Part shown: positions 21,177-33,013 of the stretch, piece by piece
Numbering within the stretch: position 1 is the stretch's first letter
Layout: the number at the start of each line of letters is the position of its first letter
Origin: an uncultured Planctomycetaceae bacterium
Lineage (GTDB): Bacteria; Planctomycetota; Planctomycetia; Pirellulales; PALSA-1355
NCBI GenBank assembly: GCA_963785305.1
Contig: CAWAUV010000008.1
Span: 1,056,001 to 1,120,000 of the forward strand
Direction of reading: 5' to 3'
DNA length: 64,000 bases
The notes under the pieces: generated by a model
Told to the model about the DNA's origin: nothing
Database searches by the model: none
The model's input: the letters and a program-made list of their open reading frames with translations, nothing else
Translations under genes and position numbers: made by a program

Positions 21177-22755
21177 ATGCATCTCACCGCGTCTGGCGAA
21201 CAGGCCACGCCGTTTGTGTGTCGCCGCGCCGCGGCCTTCAAGTCGCGCCCAGGCGCGCTCTTGATCGCGGTCGCGCTCGCCACCATTGTCGCCGGCTGTC
21301 GACCCGATCCCGAAGTGACTAGCTATCGCATTCCGAAGCATCCGGCCGAACCGCCGGCCTTGGCCCAGCAAGACAAACCAAGCGACTCGGATATCACGGC
21401 GCCGTTTGCTCCTTTCGCGGGCGGCGCGGCGGGCAAGGGAAAAACACTCGGCCCCGACGATCCGCGGCCCGACCGCATGTTGGGCGTGATTCTCCTGCGG
21501 CCCGATCAAGGTTGGTTCTTCAAGATGCAAGGTCCGGTTTCGGCCGTTGCCCGGCGCCGAGTGACTTTGAATCGATCATCAAGTCGACGCGTTTCGAAAA
21601 CGGCGAACCTGCTTGGGACCTTCCGCCCGGTTGGCGTCAAGAACCAGGCGACGCGGTGCGTCATGCCTTCTTGCGACATGACGCCGGGGCCGAGGCCAAG
21701 GACACCGATGGGCCGCCGGCCGAAATCGCGATCACGTCGCTCGGCTTCAATGGCGATCCGCGGGACTATTTGCTCTCGAACGTCAATCGCTGGCGCGGAC
21801 AAATGCAGCTTCCCAAAGTTTCGCTCGAGGAGCTCGCCCGCTCGATTTCGTCGATCGACACCGCCAGCGGCGCCGCGGTGCTTGTCGATCTGGAAGGCAA
21901 GATCGCGGCTGGCGGCATGTCGGGCCGCGGGCCATTTGCCGGCGGCGCCCCGGAACGGCCTTTCGCCGCGCACCGCCATCCGATGATGTTCACGGCAAAC
22001 TTGCTCCGCGGCCCGTCGCCGAGAACCACGTCGCCGAGAACCATTCGCCGTCCCAGGGCGCGGCAATGACCGGCGAGACGCCGGGGCGGCTCTTGGGCGC
22101 CATTGTCCCGCTGCGCGGCGCCGCGTGGTTTTTCAAACTGCTCGGCCCCAAAGCGGCCGTCGACCTGCATGCCGCCGAGTTCGAGGCGCTGATCGGCTCG
22201 CTCAAGTTCATCGGCGAGGAACCTCCCCAGTGGCAATTGCCCGCTGGCTGGGTTCGCGAACCGCCGCGAGGCATGCGATACGCCACGCTCAAAATCGGCG
22301 AAGCCGCGCCAAAGACGGCGCGGCCCCGACCGCCGAGCCGACGACGCCAGCCGATGCGAAGCCGGCCGCGGATTCAAAAACGGACCATGCGACGCTCGCG
22401 CTGGAGCGAACGCCGCTCGAAGTGTCGGTGATTCGCCTAGCCTACGATGGCGCGAACCGGGCCGACGAGTTAGAATACGTGCGCAAGAACGTCAACATTT
22501 GGCGAGACCAATTGCTAGCGCCGCGGATTCCGGCCGCCGAGATCGATGGCGCCGCGCAGCGCAGTGCCGGTCGAAGGCGCGGAAGCGACGCTCGTCGACA
22601 TCGAAGGACAACTCCGCGGCGATATTCCGCGAATTCCCAGCATCGCGCCGGCCGCGGGCAACGCGCCGGCGGCGCCCAACGATTCCCCCGCGAGCGAAGC
22701 TCCCGGCAAACCCGAAAATCCGAGCGCCCCGGGCGGAGGCAAGCATGGCGACTGA
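21177..22755 (+). CDS. Hypothetical lipoprotein-like protein with a duplicated WFFK / NVN-x-WR-x-Q domain, several frameshifts
   Basis: IVAGC; RMLGVI..WFFKMQGP..NVNRWRGQ and RLLGAI..WFFKLLGP..NVNIWRDQ across frames. Confidence 0.6.
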
Positions 22756-25700
22756 AATCACTTCGCGCGATACGGCCGGCGGCGCGGGGAGTTTTGCCCG
22801 TCCCCAGGAATCGAGCAGGTTGGCAAGCGTCGATCGCTGGATTCGCGCGCGGCTCGCGCCGCTCGCTTCGCTACGGCTCACGGTCGTGCTGTTCGCGTTG
22901 GCCATTGGCCTGATCTTCATCGGCACTTTGGCCCAAGACGCGAAAGATGTGTGGGATGTGATGCGCGAGTACTTTCGCGCCTGGGGGGTATGGGTTCCTT
23001 TTCAAGTGTTTTTTCCGCATCGACTATTCCCCGAACATCCGACCGTGGGCGGCGGATTTCCTTATCCGGGCGGCAAGCTGATCGGCACGCTGCTGTTCGC
23101 GAACTTGGCCGCGGCGCATTGGTTGCGGTTCAAGGTCCAAGCGAGCGGCGCCCGGCTCGCGATCGGGCTGGCGACCATCGCCTTTGGCGCGGTGCTCACT
23201 TGGGCGGTGATTCTGCACGGATCGGGCAAGGAAGACCCCGATCAGCCGCCGCTCGTCGCCTGGACGCAGCTATGGTGGATGATGAAGATCGGCGTCGCCG
23301 CGCTCTGGGCCCTCATGGGCTATGGCCTGCTGCGATTGCCGCCCGAGCGGCGTTTCGAGCGCCAGACGCTCACTTTGACTTCAATCGCCATGGCGGTGCT
23401 GGTCGGCTGGCTTTGGTATTCCAACGATTCGGCAATGCTCGGCGATTCCTCGCTGCGGATTTTGTGGCAACTCATCGAAGGCGCGCTGGCCGGGGTGGTG
23501 CTGCTGGCCGGCTGCTGGCTGGTGTTCAACAAACGGGCCGGCATCGTGCTCTTGCATGCCGGCGTGGGCCTGATGATGGCCAACGAAATCATCGTCTCGA
23601 CCTCGCATCGCGAGGGAACCATTCAGCTTGTCGAAGGTGAAACTCGCGACTATGTGGAAGACGGCCGCGCGGTCGAGCTCGCCGTCGTCGATGCTTCGGC
23701 CCCCGACGAGGACAAGGTGACCGCGGTGTCGGGCCAAGCGCTGCACGCGCCCCGAGGGCAAGATCAAGAGCGCGGAGTTGCCGTTCGATATTCAAGTCAT
23801 GTCGTTTCTCCAGAATTCGGCGCTCCGCGATGTGCGGCCCGACGACAAAAACCCGGCCACGACCGGCGCCGGAACACGGCTGTTTGCCGAGGCGAAACGC
23901 GCGGCCGCCGGGGCCGATTCCGACAGCAAAGTCAATCTCGCCTCGGTCTACGTCAAGCTCCTCGACAAGCGAGATGGCCACTCGCTGGGCGAATATCTCT
24001 TCAACCAAGAGCTCAAGCCGCAAACCGTGCGGGTCGACGGCAAGAAGTACGATGTCGAACTGCGATTCAAACGCGAGTACGAGCCCTATGCCGTGCATCT
24101 CGACAATGTGACCATGACGCCCTACGAAGGCACCACGATTCCGCACGATTATCGCTCGGAAGTGCGGCTTGTCGACGAAGACACGGGCCTCGTGCATTCG
24201 TTCGCCATTTGGATGAATCATCCGGTGCGCTACCACGGCGAGACCTTCTACCAAAGCGGCTATGACGCCAGCAGCGGCAAGGAAGTCACGGTGCTCTCGG
24301 TGGTGAGCAACGCCGGCTGGATGACGCCCTATGTGGCCTGCATGCTGGTGGTGGTGGGCATGGTGGCTCATTTCTCGCTTCTGCTGGGGCGGTTTCTCGA
24401 CAGTCGGGCCGCGAAGCCCGCGGTCGCTCCCGCGACAAGCCATCGTGAACTGGCCGGCTGGGCGCTGCCGATCGCGGTCGTGGCGATCATGGCTTGCTGG
24501 GTGACTGTCAAAGCCCGTGTTCCGCCGCTAGCCGCTGGGGCCATGAATCTCGACCGCTTCGGATGCCTGCCGGCCAAATACGAAGGCCGGGTCAAGCCGC
24601 TCGAAACCCTGGCGCGCAACACGCTCCGGCTGATCTCCGGCCGCGAGACTTATCTCGCCACGGACGAGAGCGCGGCGCCGAAAGACTCGCCAGGCAAAGA
24701 CGACTCGTTGCCCAAAACCACGCAGCCCGCGATCCGCTGGTTGCTCGATGTGGTCAGCCACGCGCCGACGCCCGACGGAAAGAGCGATCGCGCGCTCGAC
24801 GATCGCGTGTTTCGCATCGACCATCCCGAAACGCTCGCGCTCTTGGGCCTCGAAGAGCGGCCCGAGCGGCTCTATGCGATCGCCGAGTTTCGCGACAAGA
24901 TTCCGGAGCTTGGCAAGGAGCTGGACCAGATCGAAAAACTTCCTCCCGAGCGACTCACGCCGCATCGGCAGCAGCTCCGCGACCTGGGCAAGAAACTGCG
25001 GCTGTATCAAACGATCGTGACCGCGTTCGACGAACCGTCGCTCGGCGAGTTGCGTTCGCCCGACGCCATGATGGCCGCCCTCGGCAGGATCGAGGAGATC
25101 AACAAATCGCTACCGCCCTTGGCCGTGCCGCCCTCGGCTTCGGGCGATGCTTGGCAACCGCTCTTCACGAGTCTCTTGCACAACGAAGTGGTACAGCTCG
25201 GCGGCTTCCGCGCGAACGACGCCAACCCAGCCGCCCAGTTTCTTAAGACGTTGTTCCGGGATTTCCATGGCCACCAGATCAATCCGGCGGCGAACTATCT
25301 GGCCGCGATCCTCGCCGCTTATCGCGACCGCGACGCCGCGGCGTTTGACGCTCGGCTGGGCAATTACGAAAGCTGGCTCGCCTCGGAAAAGCCGGCCGAC
25401 TTTCATCCGTTTGCCCTCGAATTCGAGTGGTTTTTCGATCGCTTCGCGCCCTTTTACGACGCGGCGGTGTTGTATCTCATGGCCTTCGGCATCGCCGTGG
25501 CGGCTTGGCTCGGCTGGTCGCGCCCGCTGGGACTGCGCCGCGGTCGGACTGATTCTCCTGGCGCTTGTGGTGCATACCTTCGCGCTCTGCGCTCGCATCT
25601 ATATTTCGGGCCGGCCGCCGGTGACGAATCTCTATAGTTCGGCGGTGTTCATTGGCTGGGTGGTCGTGCTGCTGGGCTTGGGGTTCGAATATGTCTACCG

Positions 25701-26355
25701 GTTGGGTATTGGAACCGTGGTCGCCTCGATCGCCGGCTTCAGCGCGCTCTTGATCGCCCACATGCTGGCCGATGGCGACACGTTTACCGTGTTGCAAGCG
25801 GTGCTCGACACGAACTTCTGGCTGGCGACCCATGTGGTGTGCATTTCCTGCGGCTACGCCACCACCTTGCTCGCCGGGCTGTTTGGTCTGATTTATGTGC
25901 TCCGGGGATTGCTCACGCGATCGCTCGACACCGCGGTGGCGAAGGACCTTTCGCGCATGATCTACGGCACGCTCTGCTTCGCGATTCTGTTCAGCTTTTT
26001 CGGCACCGTGCTCGGTGGGCTCTGGGCCGACGATTCCTGGGGCCGCTTCTGGGGTTGGGACCCGAAGGAAAACGGGGCCCTGATTATCGTGCTCTGGAAC
26101 GCGCTGGTGCTGCATGCCCGCTGGGGCGGACTCGTCAAGCAGCGGGGACTGGCCGCGCTGGCCATCGGCGGCAATATCGTGACGGCTTGGAGTTGGTTCG
26201 GCGTGAATCAGCTCGGCGTGGGTCTGCATTCCTACGGTTTTACCCAAGGCGTGCTGGTGGCGCTGGGTGTGTTCGTGGCGACCCAACTCGCGATCATCGC
26301 GCTCGCCAGCCTGCCGCTCCGCTACTGGCTTAGCTTCCGCCCGGCGGCAAGATAG
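22745..26355 (+). CDS. ccsA: Cytochrome c biogenesis system II fusion protein (ResB/CcsB plus CcsA); frameshifts near 23750 and 25530
   Basis: LASLRLTVVL..IGTLAQ, LLHAG, MNHP-x-RY..TFYQS, GRPPVTNLY, WLATHV, WGRFWGWDPKE and GLHSYG motifs. Confidence 0.88.
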
Positions 26356-26388
26356 TCGACGACCGCAGGAGGACGAGGGAGTAGGAGT

Positions 26389-26474
26389 GGCCACGGAAAG
26401 ACACGGAACAACACGGAAGATCGGCTTTGTCCGATTCCGTGCGATTCCGTGCGCTTCCGTGTCCTTCCGTGGCC
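26389..26474. repeat. Inverted array of phased heptamers (CACGGAA x3, TTCCGTG x4) between convergent genes
   Basis: Directly visible 10-bp periodic repeats forming a long imperfect hairpin. Confidence 0.75.
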
Positions 26475-26523
26475 GCTCTTCCCGTTGCCCGCCAATGCGA
26501 ATCGCGGCTCGCGTCGGTCTCGC

Positions 26524-27834
26524 TTAGCGCAGCGTCGCCCCCGGGCGGCGGAGTTTGATGCGGGCTTGGGGTTCGGCGCGGTCGGCTTCCGGCGGGGCGA
26601 GCGAGGGGATCGGCAAGATCGCCGACAGGGCGCTGCTTTCGCGCGTGGCGGGCGCTTGCACTTCGCTTTGCGGCACGAGCGCGCGCACCAGATTCACCAC
26701 CGGCTGCGAAGCGCGCTTCGGCTCGAGCATCAGGGCGACTTCGCTGTCTTGTAGCACCACGCCCGCCCCGGCGGGGCACTGGCCGCGGAGCGCGAGTCCA
26801 TGCTCGTCGATCACAAACGCCAGGGCCAAGCGTTCATAAGGCGCCGAGCGGCCGAGCGTCTTGATCTCGGCGCCCGGCTCGAAGCCGAGCACCTCGCTCG
26901 CCGCCTTGAGCAACGAGCGGCCCGCGAGCCCGGGGCCCGCCACGACCGAGCCGCTGGCCTGCTCGATGCGATCGGCCTGGAATCGCACATGTTCGAGGTC
27001 GATCCGCGCATGGCCACTGAGCTTGTGGGGAAACTGCGAGGTGAGGAGCTCATCGAGATCGACATCGTGCAATTGCCCGGCGAGCTCGCCTTCCCAGCCC
27101 GAGGCCGGATGCACGGCGCGCAGCGAACCACAAAACCGGGCGTCGCGACCCAGATGCGCGGCTGGCGGCCAAGCCGCCGCGAGCAGGCCGCCATTGAGGG
27201 CGGCGCTGCCCGTGTGAATTTCGAGGCCGGCCGTGGCGGGCGTCGTCTGGCGGCTGCGAAAGACCGACAGCGTGGCCGGCTCGGGCATCTCGTAACCGGC
27301 CATGCGGAAACTGAAACCGATCTGGCTGCCGGCGTCGCTCGACTCGGTTTGGCAGCGAAGGTCGGTAAATGTCTGATCGCCCGCCGGCATGTGCATGGTG
27401 ACTTCGCCGGCGGCGATGCGAAGCTTTGCGTTCGCACCGCCACGGCGACGCAGCTCACGCTGAGCGAGCGACCACCACTCGGACCAATCGCCGGCGAACA
27501 CTTCGAGCTGGGCCGGCGAGACGGTCGTGGCGCCGCTCGCGGTGTCGATCTCGACCAGCCGCGCTCGGGCAAGTCGGGCGCCGGTTTCCGGATCGGCCAG
27601 CTCCACGCGATCGAGCAAAGTGAGGCCCGGCCGCGGATACCGCACATCGCCGATCGTCACCGCCAGGCCCAGGCGGTCGCTTGCCGCGGCGGCCACGAGC
27701 GCCCGATATTCGGGCCGGCGCAACCAGTAGGCCCAACCAAGAGCGCGAGCGCCGGCAAGAGGGCGAGACAAAGAAAGCCGCGCTGCGCCAAACGGCGGCG
27801 CGTGGTTTCGTGCAGCATGAACATCCGTGTTCAC
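26524..27834 (-). CDS. Hypothetical protein (possibly AsmA-like, beta-rich); start uncertain
   Basis: 436-codon ORF co-oriented downstream of aroC. Confidence 0.6.
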   Translation of the reverse strand: MNTDVHAARNHAPPFGAARLSLSRPLAGARALGWAYWLRRPEYRALVAAAASDRLGLAVTIGDVRYPRPGLTLLDRVELADPETGARLARARLVEIDTASGATTVSPAQLEVFAGDWSEWWSLAQRELRRRGGANAKLRIAAGEVTMHMPAGDQTFTDLRCQTESSDAGSQIGFSFRMAGYEMPEPATLSVFRSRQTTPATAGLEIHTGSAALNGGLLAAAWPPAAHLGRDARFCGSLRAVHPASGWEGELAGQLHDVDLDELLTSQFPHKLSGHARIDLEHVRFQADRIEQASGSVVAGPGLAGRSLLKAASEVLGFEPGAEIKTLGRSAPYERLALAFVIDEHGLALRGQCPAGAGVVLQDSEVALMLEPKRASQPVVNLVRALVPQSEVQAPATRESSALSAILPIPSLAPPEADRAEPQARIKLRRPGATLR

Positions 27835-27869
27835 TCCGCGAGGTTTTTGAGTGGGCTCTGGATCGGCTC

Positions 27870-29011
27870 TCAGCGGGCCCGGGCCATTTCGTGAAACAGT
27901 TTCCAGCGGGCCGACATTTCCGCGAGGCTATCGCCCCCAAACTTATCGACGAGCGCCGCGGCGACTTCGAACGCGACGACATTTTCCAAGATCACGCTCG
28001 CCGCCGGCACGGCGCACACATCGCTGCGCTCGTAGCTGGCGCGTTCTGGCTGCTTCGTGTCGAGATTCACCGAGTCGAGCGGCTTGCGCAGGGTGCTGAT
28101 CGGCTTCTTGGCGGCTCGAATGACGAGCGGCTGGCCATTGGTCATGCCGGCTTCGAGGCCGCCGGCGTTGTTCGTTGGCCGCGAGTAGCCGAGCGATGGC
28201 GTGTCGCGCTCCGAGGGCTGGAACACGATCGGATCATGCACTTGCGAGCCGACTCGCCGGGCCGCTTCGAATCCCAGACCGATCTCCACTCCCTTGATCG
28301 CCTGCACCGCCATCACGGCCTGGGCCAAGCGGCCATCGAGCTTGCGATCCCATTGGGCATGCGTGCCGAGTCCAAACGGCAGACCCTCGACGCGCACTTC
28401 GATCACGCCGCCGAGCGTGTCGCCATCCTTGCCCACGGCGTCGATCCGCTGTTTGATCTTTTCTTCCACTTCGGGTTCGAGCGCATAGAGCTCGCTGGCG
28501 TCGCGCAGGGCGCTGTTGTTCGGCCAGCGTGCCGGGTCGAGGCGGGATCGGCTGGCCGCCGAGTTCCACGACATAGCCAAACGCCTCGATGCCGAACTGA
28601 ACGAGCAGTTGTTTCGCCAAGGCGCCGGCCGCCACGCGCACCGTGGTCTCGCGAGCGCTGGCCGCGCTCGAGCACTCCGCGCACCGAACCGAGATATTTG
28701 ATCGCGCCGGTCAGGTCGCCGTGGCCGGGCCGGGGCCGCGGCAGGTCTTCCATGCGCTCGAGCTTGTAATCCTTGTTGACCACCTGGAGCGCGATTGGAC
28801 TGCCGAGGGTGGTGTTTCGCCACACGCCGCCGAGCACGTCGACGGTGTCGGTCTCGATGCGCTGACGACCGCCGCGACCATAGCCGCCTTGGCGACGACG
28901 CAGTTCGACATCGATCGCGGCGGTGTCGATCGGCACGCCGGCCGGAAAACCGTCGACCAGCGCCACCAAAGCTTTGCCGTGCGATTCGCCGGCGGTCCAA
29001 TAACGCAACAT
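27870..29011 (-). CDS. aroC: Chorismate synthase; frameshifts near 28660 and 28515
   Basis: [41 protein letters not shown] and [11 protein letters not shown] motifs. Confidence 0.95.
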
Positions 29012-29180
29012 GGAATGCGGATTCGCGAGTCGGGGGAAGAACGAAAAAACTCAAGGCCCGGTAAGCGTTTACCGCTGGATTCTACCCGCGATAAAAGACG
29101 CGGAATAGGGCGGTTTTTCGCCGCTCGGCGGAGCGATTGGGCAAGCGACGCCGGCGCGACGATCGACTTGCCCGATACCT

Positions 29181-32100
29181 CTAGGCGATGAAGCCGCCGA
29201 TCCAGAGCGATGTTTCGCTCAGCGCGGTGTCGGTGGCGGCGGTCGAGGTGGTTGTGAGCTTGGCCGGAGTGGTCGCGGAACTGCTGGCGCCGACAGGCGC
29301 GGTGCTCGCCGTCGTGGCGAGATTGGGCGACGACGACGTGGCGCTTGAGCCCGACGCCGCGGCGACCAATATCCCGGAACCACTGGAGGCGCCACCGCTA
29401 CCACTGGAGGCGCCACTGCCGCTGGCGCCCGAGGCCGAGCCGACGGCCACGACCGAGCCACCGGTGATCACGAGGTTCACATCGGTATTCGTGCCCGTGA
29501 TTTCGAGAAAGTAGGGCGAGCCGAGCGAACCGTTGTAGCTGAGCGTGGCCGGCGTGCCGCTACTCGTTGCCAGCACATTGAAGTTGTTGTCGTAGAGCGT
29601 GAGCGTCACGGAGCCGGCCGAGGCGTTGTATTGACCTTGGATCGTGCGCAGGCCGCTCCAACCGCTGTCGAACGAGATCCAGACATTGCCCTGGGCGAGG
29701 TTGAAATTCTGCTCGACCACCGGAGTGCCGTATTCCTGGGTGACGATCGACGACGCGATAAACGCGCGGCGATTCAAATACGTCGACACGAATTGGGCTC
29801 GCAGGCCGAGCTCGCCGAAGTCGTAGTTCGTGGCCGACACGCCCGAGGCGATCACAATGCCGTTGAAGGTATTGCCCACGGTCGCTCCCGTGGGAGCGGG
29901 CGTGCCCGGAGTGTTTTTGCCGGCGACATAAAAACCGGGCTGGGTTTCAGTGATGCTATACGTGCCCGGCGGCAGGCCGATGAACGAGTAGTAACCGGCC
30001 GCGTTGGTGGTGGTGGTTTCCGTGAGGCTGCCGCCCGAGGTTTCGTTGAGCGTGATCGTCACGCCGGCGATACCGGCTTCGTTGGATTCCTTGACGCCAT
30101 CGTTGTTCGAGTCGACATAGACAAAGCCCGATATGCCGACCGCTTGGACATACGTAATCGTGATCGGCAGCGAGCTCGTGGCCAGGGTCGCGTTGGTGGG
30201 GTTGGTCAGGTTGAGCGTGAGCGACACCGAACCGGTTTGGGCGGGATCGTAGATCGTGGGAATCGTAATGGTCTCGGTCGTGGCGCCGGGAGCAAAGGTG
30301 ACCGTGCCGGTGGTGGTGGTGTAGTTCGTGCCTGCGATCGCCGTGCCGTCGGCGGTGGCATAGGTCACGGTGATGGTCTGCCCGCTCTGGAGCGGTGCGC
30401 CGCCAGCGCCCACCAGGGTGAAAGTGACGGTGGCCGGCGAGCCCTCGGAGACCGAGGTCGTGGAGACATCGATCGTCGGCTCGGCGGCGGTGCTCACCAA
30501 CGTGGCGGTCGCCGAGGGAGTGGTGATCGTGGCGCCGACCGAAGCGCCGGAGAGCGATACCGAGAAGGTCTTGTTCGGCTCGTTGAGCGTGTTGGCCAAG
30601 ACCGTGACCGTGATCGTTTGGGTGAGCACCCCGGGAGCAAACGTCAATGTGCCGCTCTTGGCCGTGTAGTCGGTTCCGGCCACGGCCGTGCCGTCCTGCG
30701 TGGCGTAGTTCACCGTGACGGTGCTGCTCGTGGCCGCCGAACGCGTGACCGTGAACGTGGCGGTGGTCGTGCCGGTGGTGGGCACATTCACCGGCGCCAC
30801 GGGACCGGCGATCGCCAGCGCGTTCGAGCCCACATTGAACGACGAGCTCGTGAACTCGACTTTGCCGTAGGTCACGGTCGTGCCATTCGTGGCCGTGGGC
30901 AAGGCCGTGACCTGGAGCGGATCGTCCGGATTGTTGTATTCGAGCACATCGTCGCCGGCGCCGGGCGAGGCGACGCCGACCGTCGACGGAGTGGCCGTGA
31001 AGCTGAGCGTGCCAACGCCCGTGGCGATCATCGGCACGACCAGCAATTGCTGCGAGACCGATCCGACGGGCGTGCCCACGCTCGAAGTGGCGCCCAAGTT
31101 GGCGATCGAGCCGGCCGACTGCGTGCCGCTGTTTTCGACATTCGTGAAGTTCGAGCCGAACTGAATCGCCCCGTCTTGGCTGGCGGCCGCGGAATTCCAA
31201 TTCAGATTCAAATACGCGGCAAAAATACCGCCATCGCTCACGGTGCGCAAGTCGTTCACATCGACTTCGACATCGAACTGCGAGCCCGGCGCCGCGCTGG
31301 TGATGACATTGCCCGAAGTGTCGGTGATCTTGAGGTTGACCGCCGCCTCGGCCCCGGCGAGCGTGCTGCCCTGGGGATAGATCGTGACCGTGCCTTGGCT
31401 CGTGGAAATATACGCGTTGCTGGCATTGCTCAAGTTCACGACGAAGCTTACGGGCGTCGAGAGCGCGACATTGTCGATCGGCACGGTGATGGTTTGCGTC
31501 AGAACGCCCGGGGCAAAGGTTAGCGTGCCGCTGGTCGCCTGATAATTGGTTCCCGCGGCGGCGTTTTCGTCGGCCGTGCTGTAGTCGACCGTGACCGTGC
31601 CGCTCGAGGCCGAGGAAAGCGTAACCGTGAGCGAGGCCGATTGCGCCGGCGAGCCGCCGTTTTCCACGACCGACGTGGTGAGCGGCGAGATCGAAAGCGA
31701 CTGGGCCGACTTGGAAATCGTGCCGATGCCCGTGGCTTGCAAAAACGGCGTGGTGGACGGATTCGGGCTTGTCAGATTGACGAAGAAATTCGCGTTGCCC
31801 GAAAAGCCAGCGTCGGCGAGGATCGGCACGGTGATGGTTTGCGAAACCGGATTCGAGGAACCATTGGGCGTGAAGGTGACATAGTTCGATTGGGCCACAT
31901 AGTCCGTGCCGGCGATCGCGGTGTTGTTTTGGGTGGCGTAGGAGACGGTCACGCTCTGCGAGATTGGACCGTTCATCGACACCGTGAACACGGCGTTCAC
32001 CAATCCGTTTGCCGTGGGTTCGGGCACGAGCACGCTATTGATCGAAACCGACGCTTGCGTCACCGAGATCGACGCGCCGATAAAATCGATGCCGCTCGTC

Positions 32101-32930
32101 GATTCGGGCGACCCGGCGCCGAAAAGCATCGTGTTGCTCGTGCCGGCATTGTTGCCGAAGGTGAGTGGGCCGGTGGTCGTGCCCGCCACGACGGGAACCG
32201 ACCAGAGCACTTGCTGCTGGGTGGTTGGCGAGGGGGCCGCGCTTTGCGAAGCGCCGATATTCGCGATCGTGCCCGGCGTGGTGAGGTCGCCCGACTGGCC
32301 GCCGGTGAAGGTTGCTCCATAGGTGATCGGCCCGCTGGGCGAGATCGCGGCCAAGCTACTGTTGTAGCTGACCGTGCTGTAGGAGGCCTCGACTCCCGTG
32401 GCCGCGACGCCCCGATCGTCGACCACCACGTCTTCCAGATAAAACACGCCGCCCGCGCCGATCGATGTGATTACATTGCCGCTCGCGTCGACGGTTTCGA
32501 GCTCATTGGTCATGTCCGGCGTGGTGACGAGTGCCCGGATTTCAGCCAGCGCCGTGGTGGGCGAGAGCACTCCGGTTCCGGTGACATCCAAATAACCGAG
32601 ATTTTGGGGCGTGATGGCCGAGGATTGCGTGGCCGACGAGGCGGCCAAAACTTTCAGTCCCGCGGAGGCGGTTCCGCTTGTCGCCGACGAGGAGGAATTC
32701 ACCGCCGGCAGCGTGGTGATTCCCTCGTTGAGCGCTTGAATGATCGCCAGCGCGTCGGTGGGCGACACCACTCCCGTGCCGCGCACATCGTAATGATTCA
32801 CCGGATTCTGCCAGGGATCGACCGTGAGGAGCTGCCGCTCCTCGAGCGATTCGAATGCGCGGTGAGCGATGCCCAGGCGCGGACGCCGGGCGCCATCGAG
32901 GCGCGAGCCATGCGATTTACGGGTTGCCAT
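29181..32930 (-). CDS. Large secreted protein with dockerin-like, cohesin-like, Calx-beta and SdrD B-like domains
   Basis: FESLEERQLL planctomycete N-terminal motif; WQNP..YDV; repeated VTV-x-YAT-x-DGTA-x-AGT-x-Y....GTLTFAPG; ISGFVYVDSNNDG. Confidence 0.88.
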   Translation of the reverse strand: MATRKSHGSRLDGARRPRLGIAHRAFESLEERQLLTVDPWQNPVNHYDVRGTGVVSPTDALAIIQALNEGITTLPAVNSSSSATSGTASAGLKVLAASSATQSSAITPQNLGYLDVTGTGVLSPTTALAEIRALVTTPDMTNELETVDASGNVITSIGAGGVFYLEDVVVDDRGVAATGVEASYSTVSYNSSLAAISPSGPITYGATFTGGQSGDLTTPGTIANIGASQSAAPSPTTQQQVLWSVPVVAGTTTGPLTFGNNAGTSNTMLFGAGSPESTSGIDFIGASISVTQASVSINSVLVPEPTANGLVNAVFTVSMNGPISQSVTVSYATQNNTAIAGTDYVAQSNYVTFTPNGSSNPVSQTITVPILADAGFSGNANFFVNLTSPNPSTTPFLQATGIGTISKSAQSLSISPLTTSVVENGGSPAQSASLTVTLSSASSGTVTVDYSTADENAAAGTNYQATSGTLTFAPGVLTQTITVPIDNVALSTPVSFVVNLSNASNAYISTSQGTVTIYPQGSTLAGAEAAVNLKITDTSGNVITSAAPGSQFDVEVDVNDLRTVSDGGIFAAYLNLNWNSAAASQDGAIQFGSNFTNVENSGTQSAGSIANLGATSSVGTPVGSVSQQLLVVPMIATGVGTLSFTATPSTVGVASPGAGDDVLEYNNPDDPLQVTALPTATNGTTVTYGKVEFTSSSFNVGSNALAIAGPVAPVNVPTTGTTTATFTVTRSAATSSTVTVNYATQDGTAVAGTDYTAKSGTLTFAPGVLTQTITVTVLANTLNEPNKTFSVSLSGASVGATITTPSATATLVSTAAEPTIDVSTTSVSEGSPATVTFTLVGAGGAPLQSGQTITVTYATADGTAIAGTNYTTTTGTVTFAPGATTETITIPTIYDPAQTGSVSLTLNLTNPTNATLATSSLPITITYVQAVGISGFVYVDSNNDGVKESNEAGIAGVTITLNETSGGSLTETTTTNAAGYYSFIGLPPGTYSITETQPGFYVAGKNTPGTPAPTGATVGNTFNGIVIASGVSATNYDFGELGLRAQFVSTYLNRRAFIASSIVTQEYGTPVVEQNFNLAQGNVWISFDSGWSGLRTIQGQYNASAGSVTLTLYDNNFNVLATSSGTPATLSYNGSLGSPYFLEITGTNTDVNLVITGGSVVAVGSASGASGSGASSGSGGASSGSGILVAAASGSSATSSSPNLATTASTAPVGASSSATTPAKLTTTSTAATDTALSETSLWIGGFIA

Positions 32931-33013
32931 AGTCTTTTGAAGTCCTCGGTAGGCGCCGCGATCGAGTCGCGGCTTGAAGCGCGCCGGATCGAGAGCCGAG
33001 CGGCGAATCGGGT

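Noticed and set aside
27870..29011. Programmed frameshifting or true pseudogene status for aroC and similar genes
   Set aside because: No slippery sites were seen and the window-wide indel pattern favours sequencing error.
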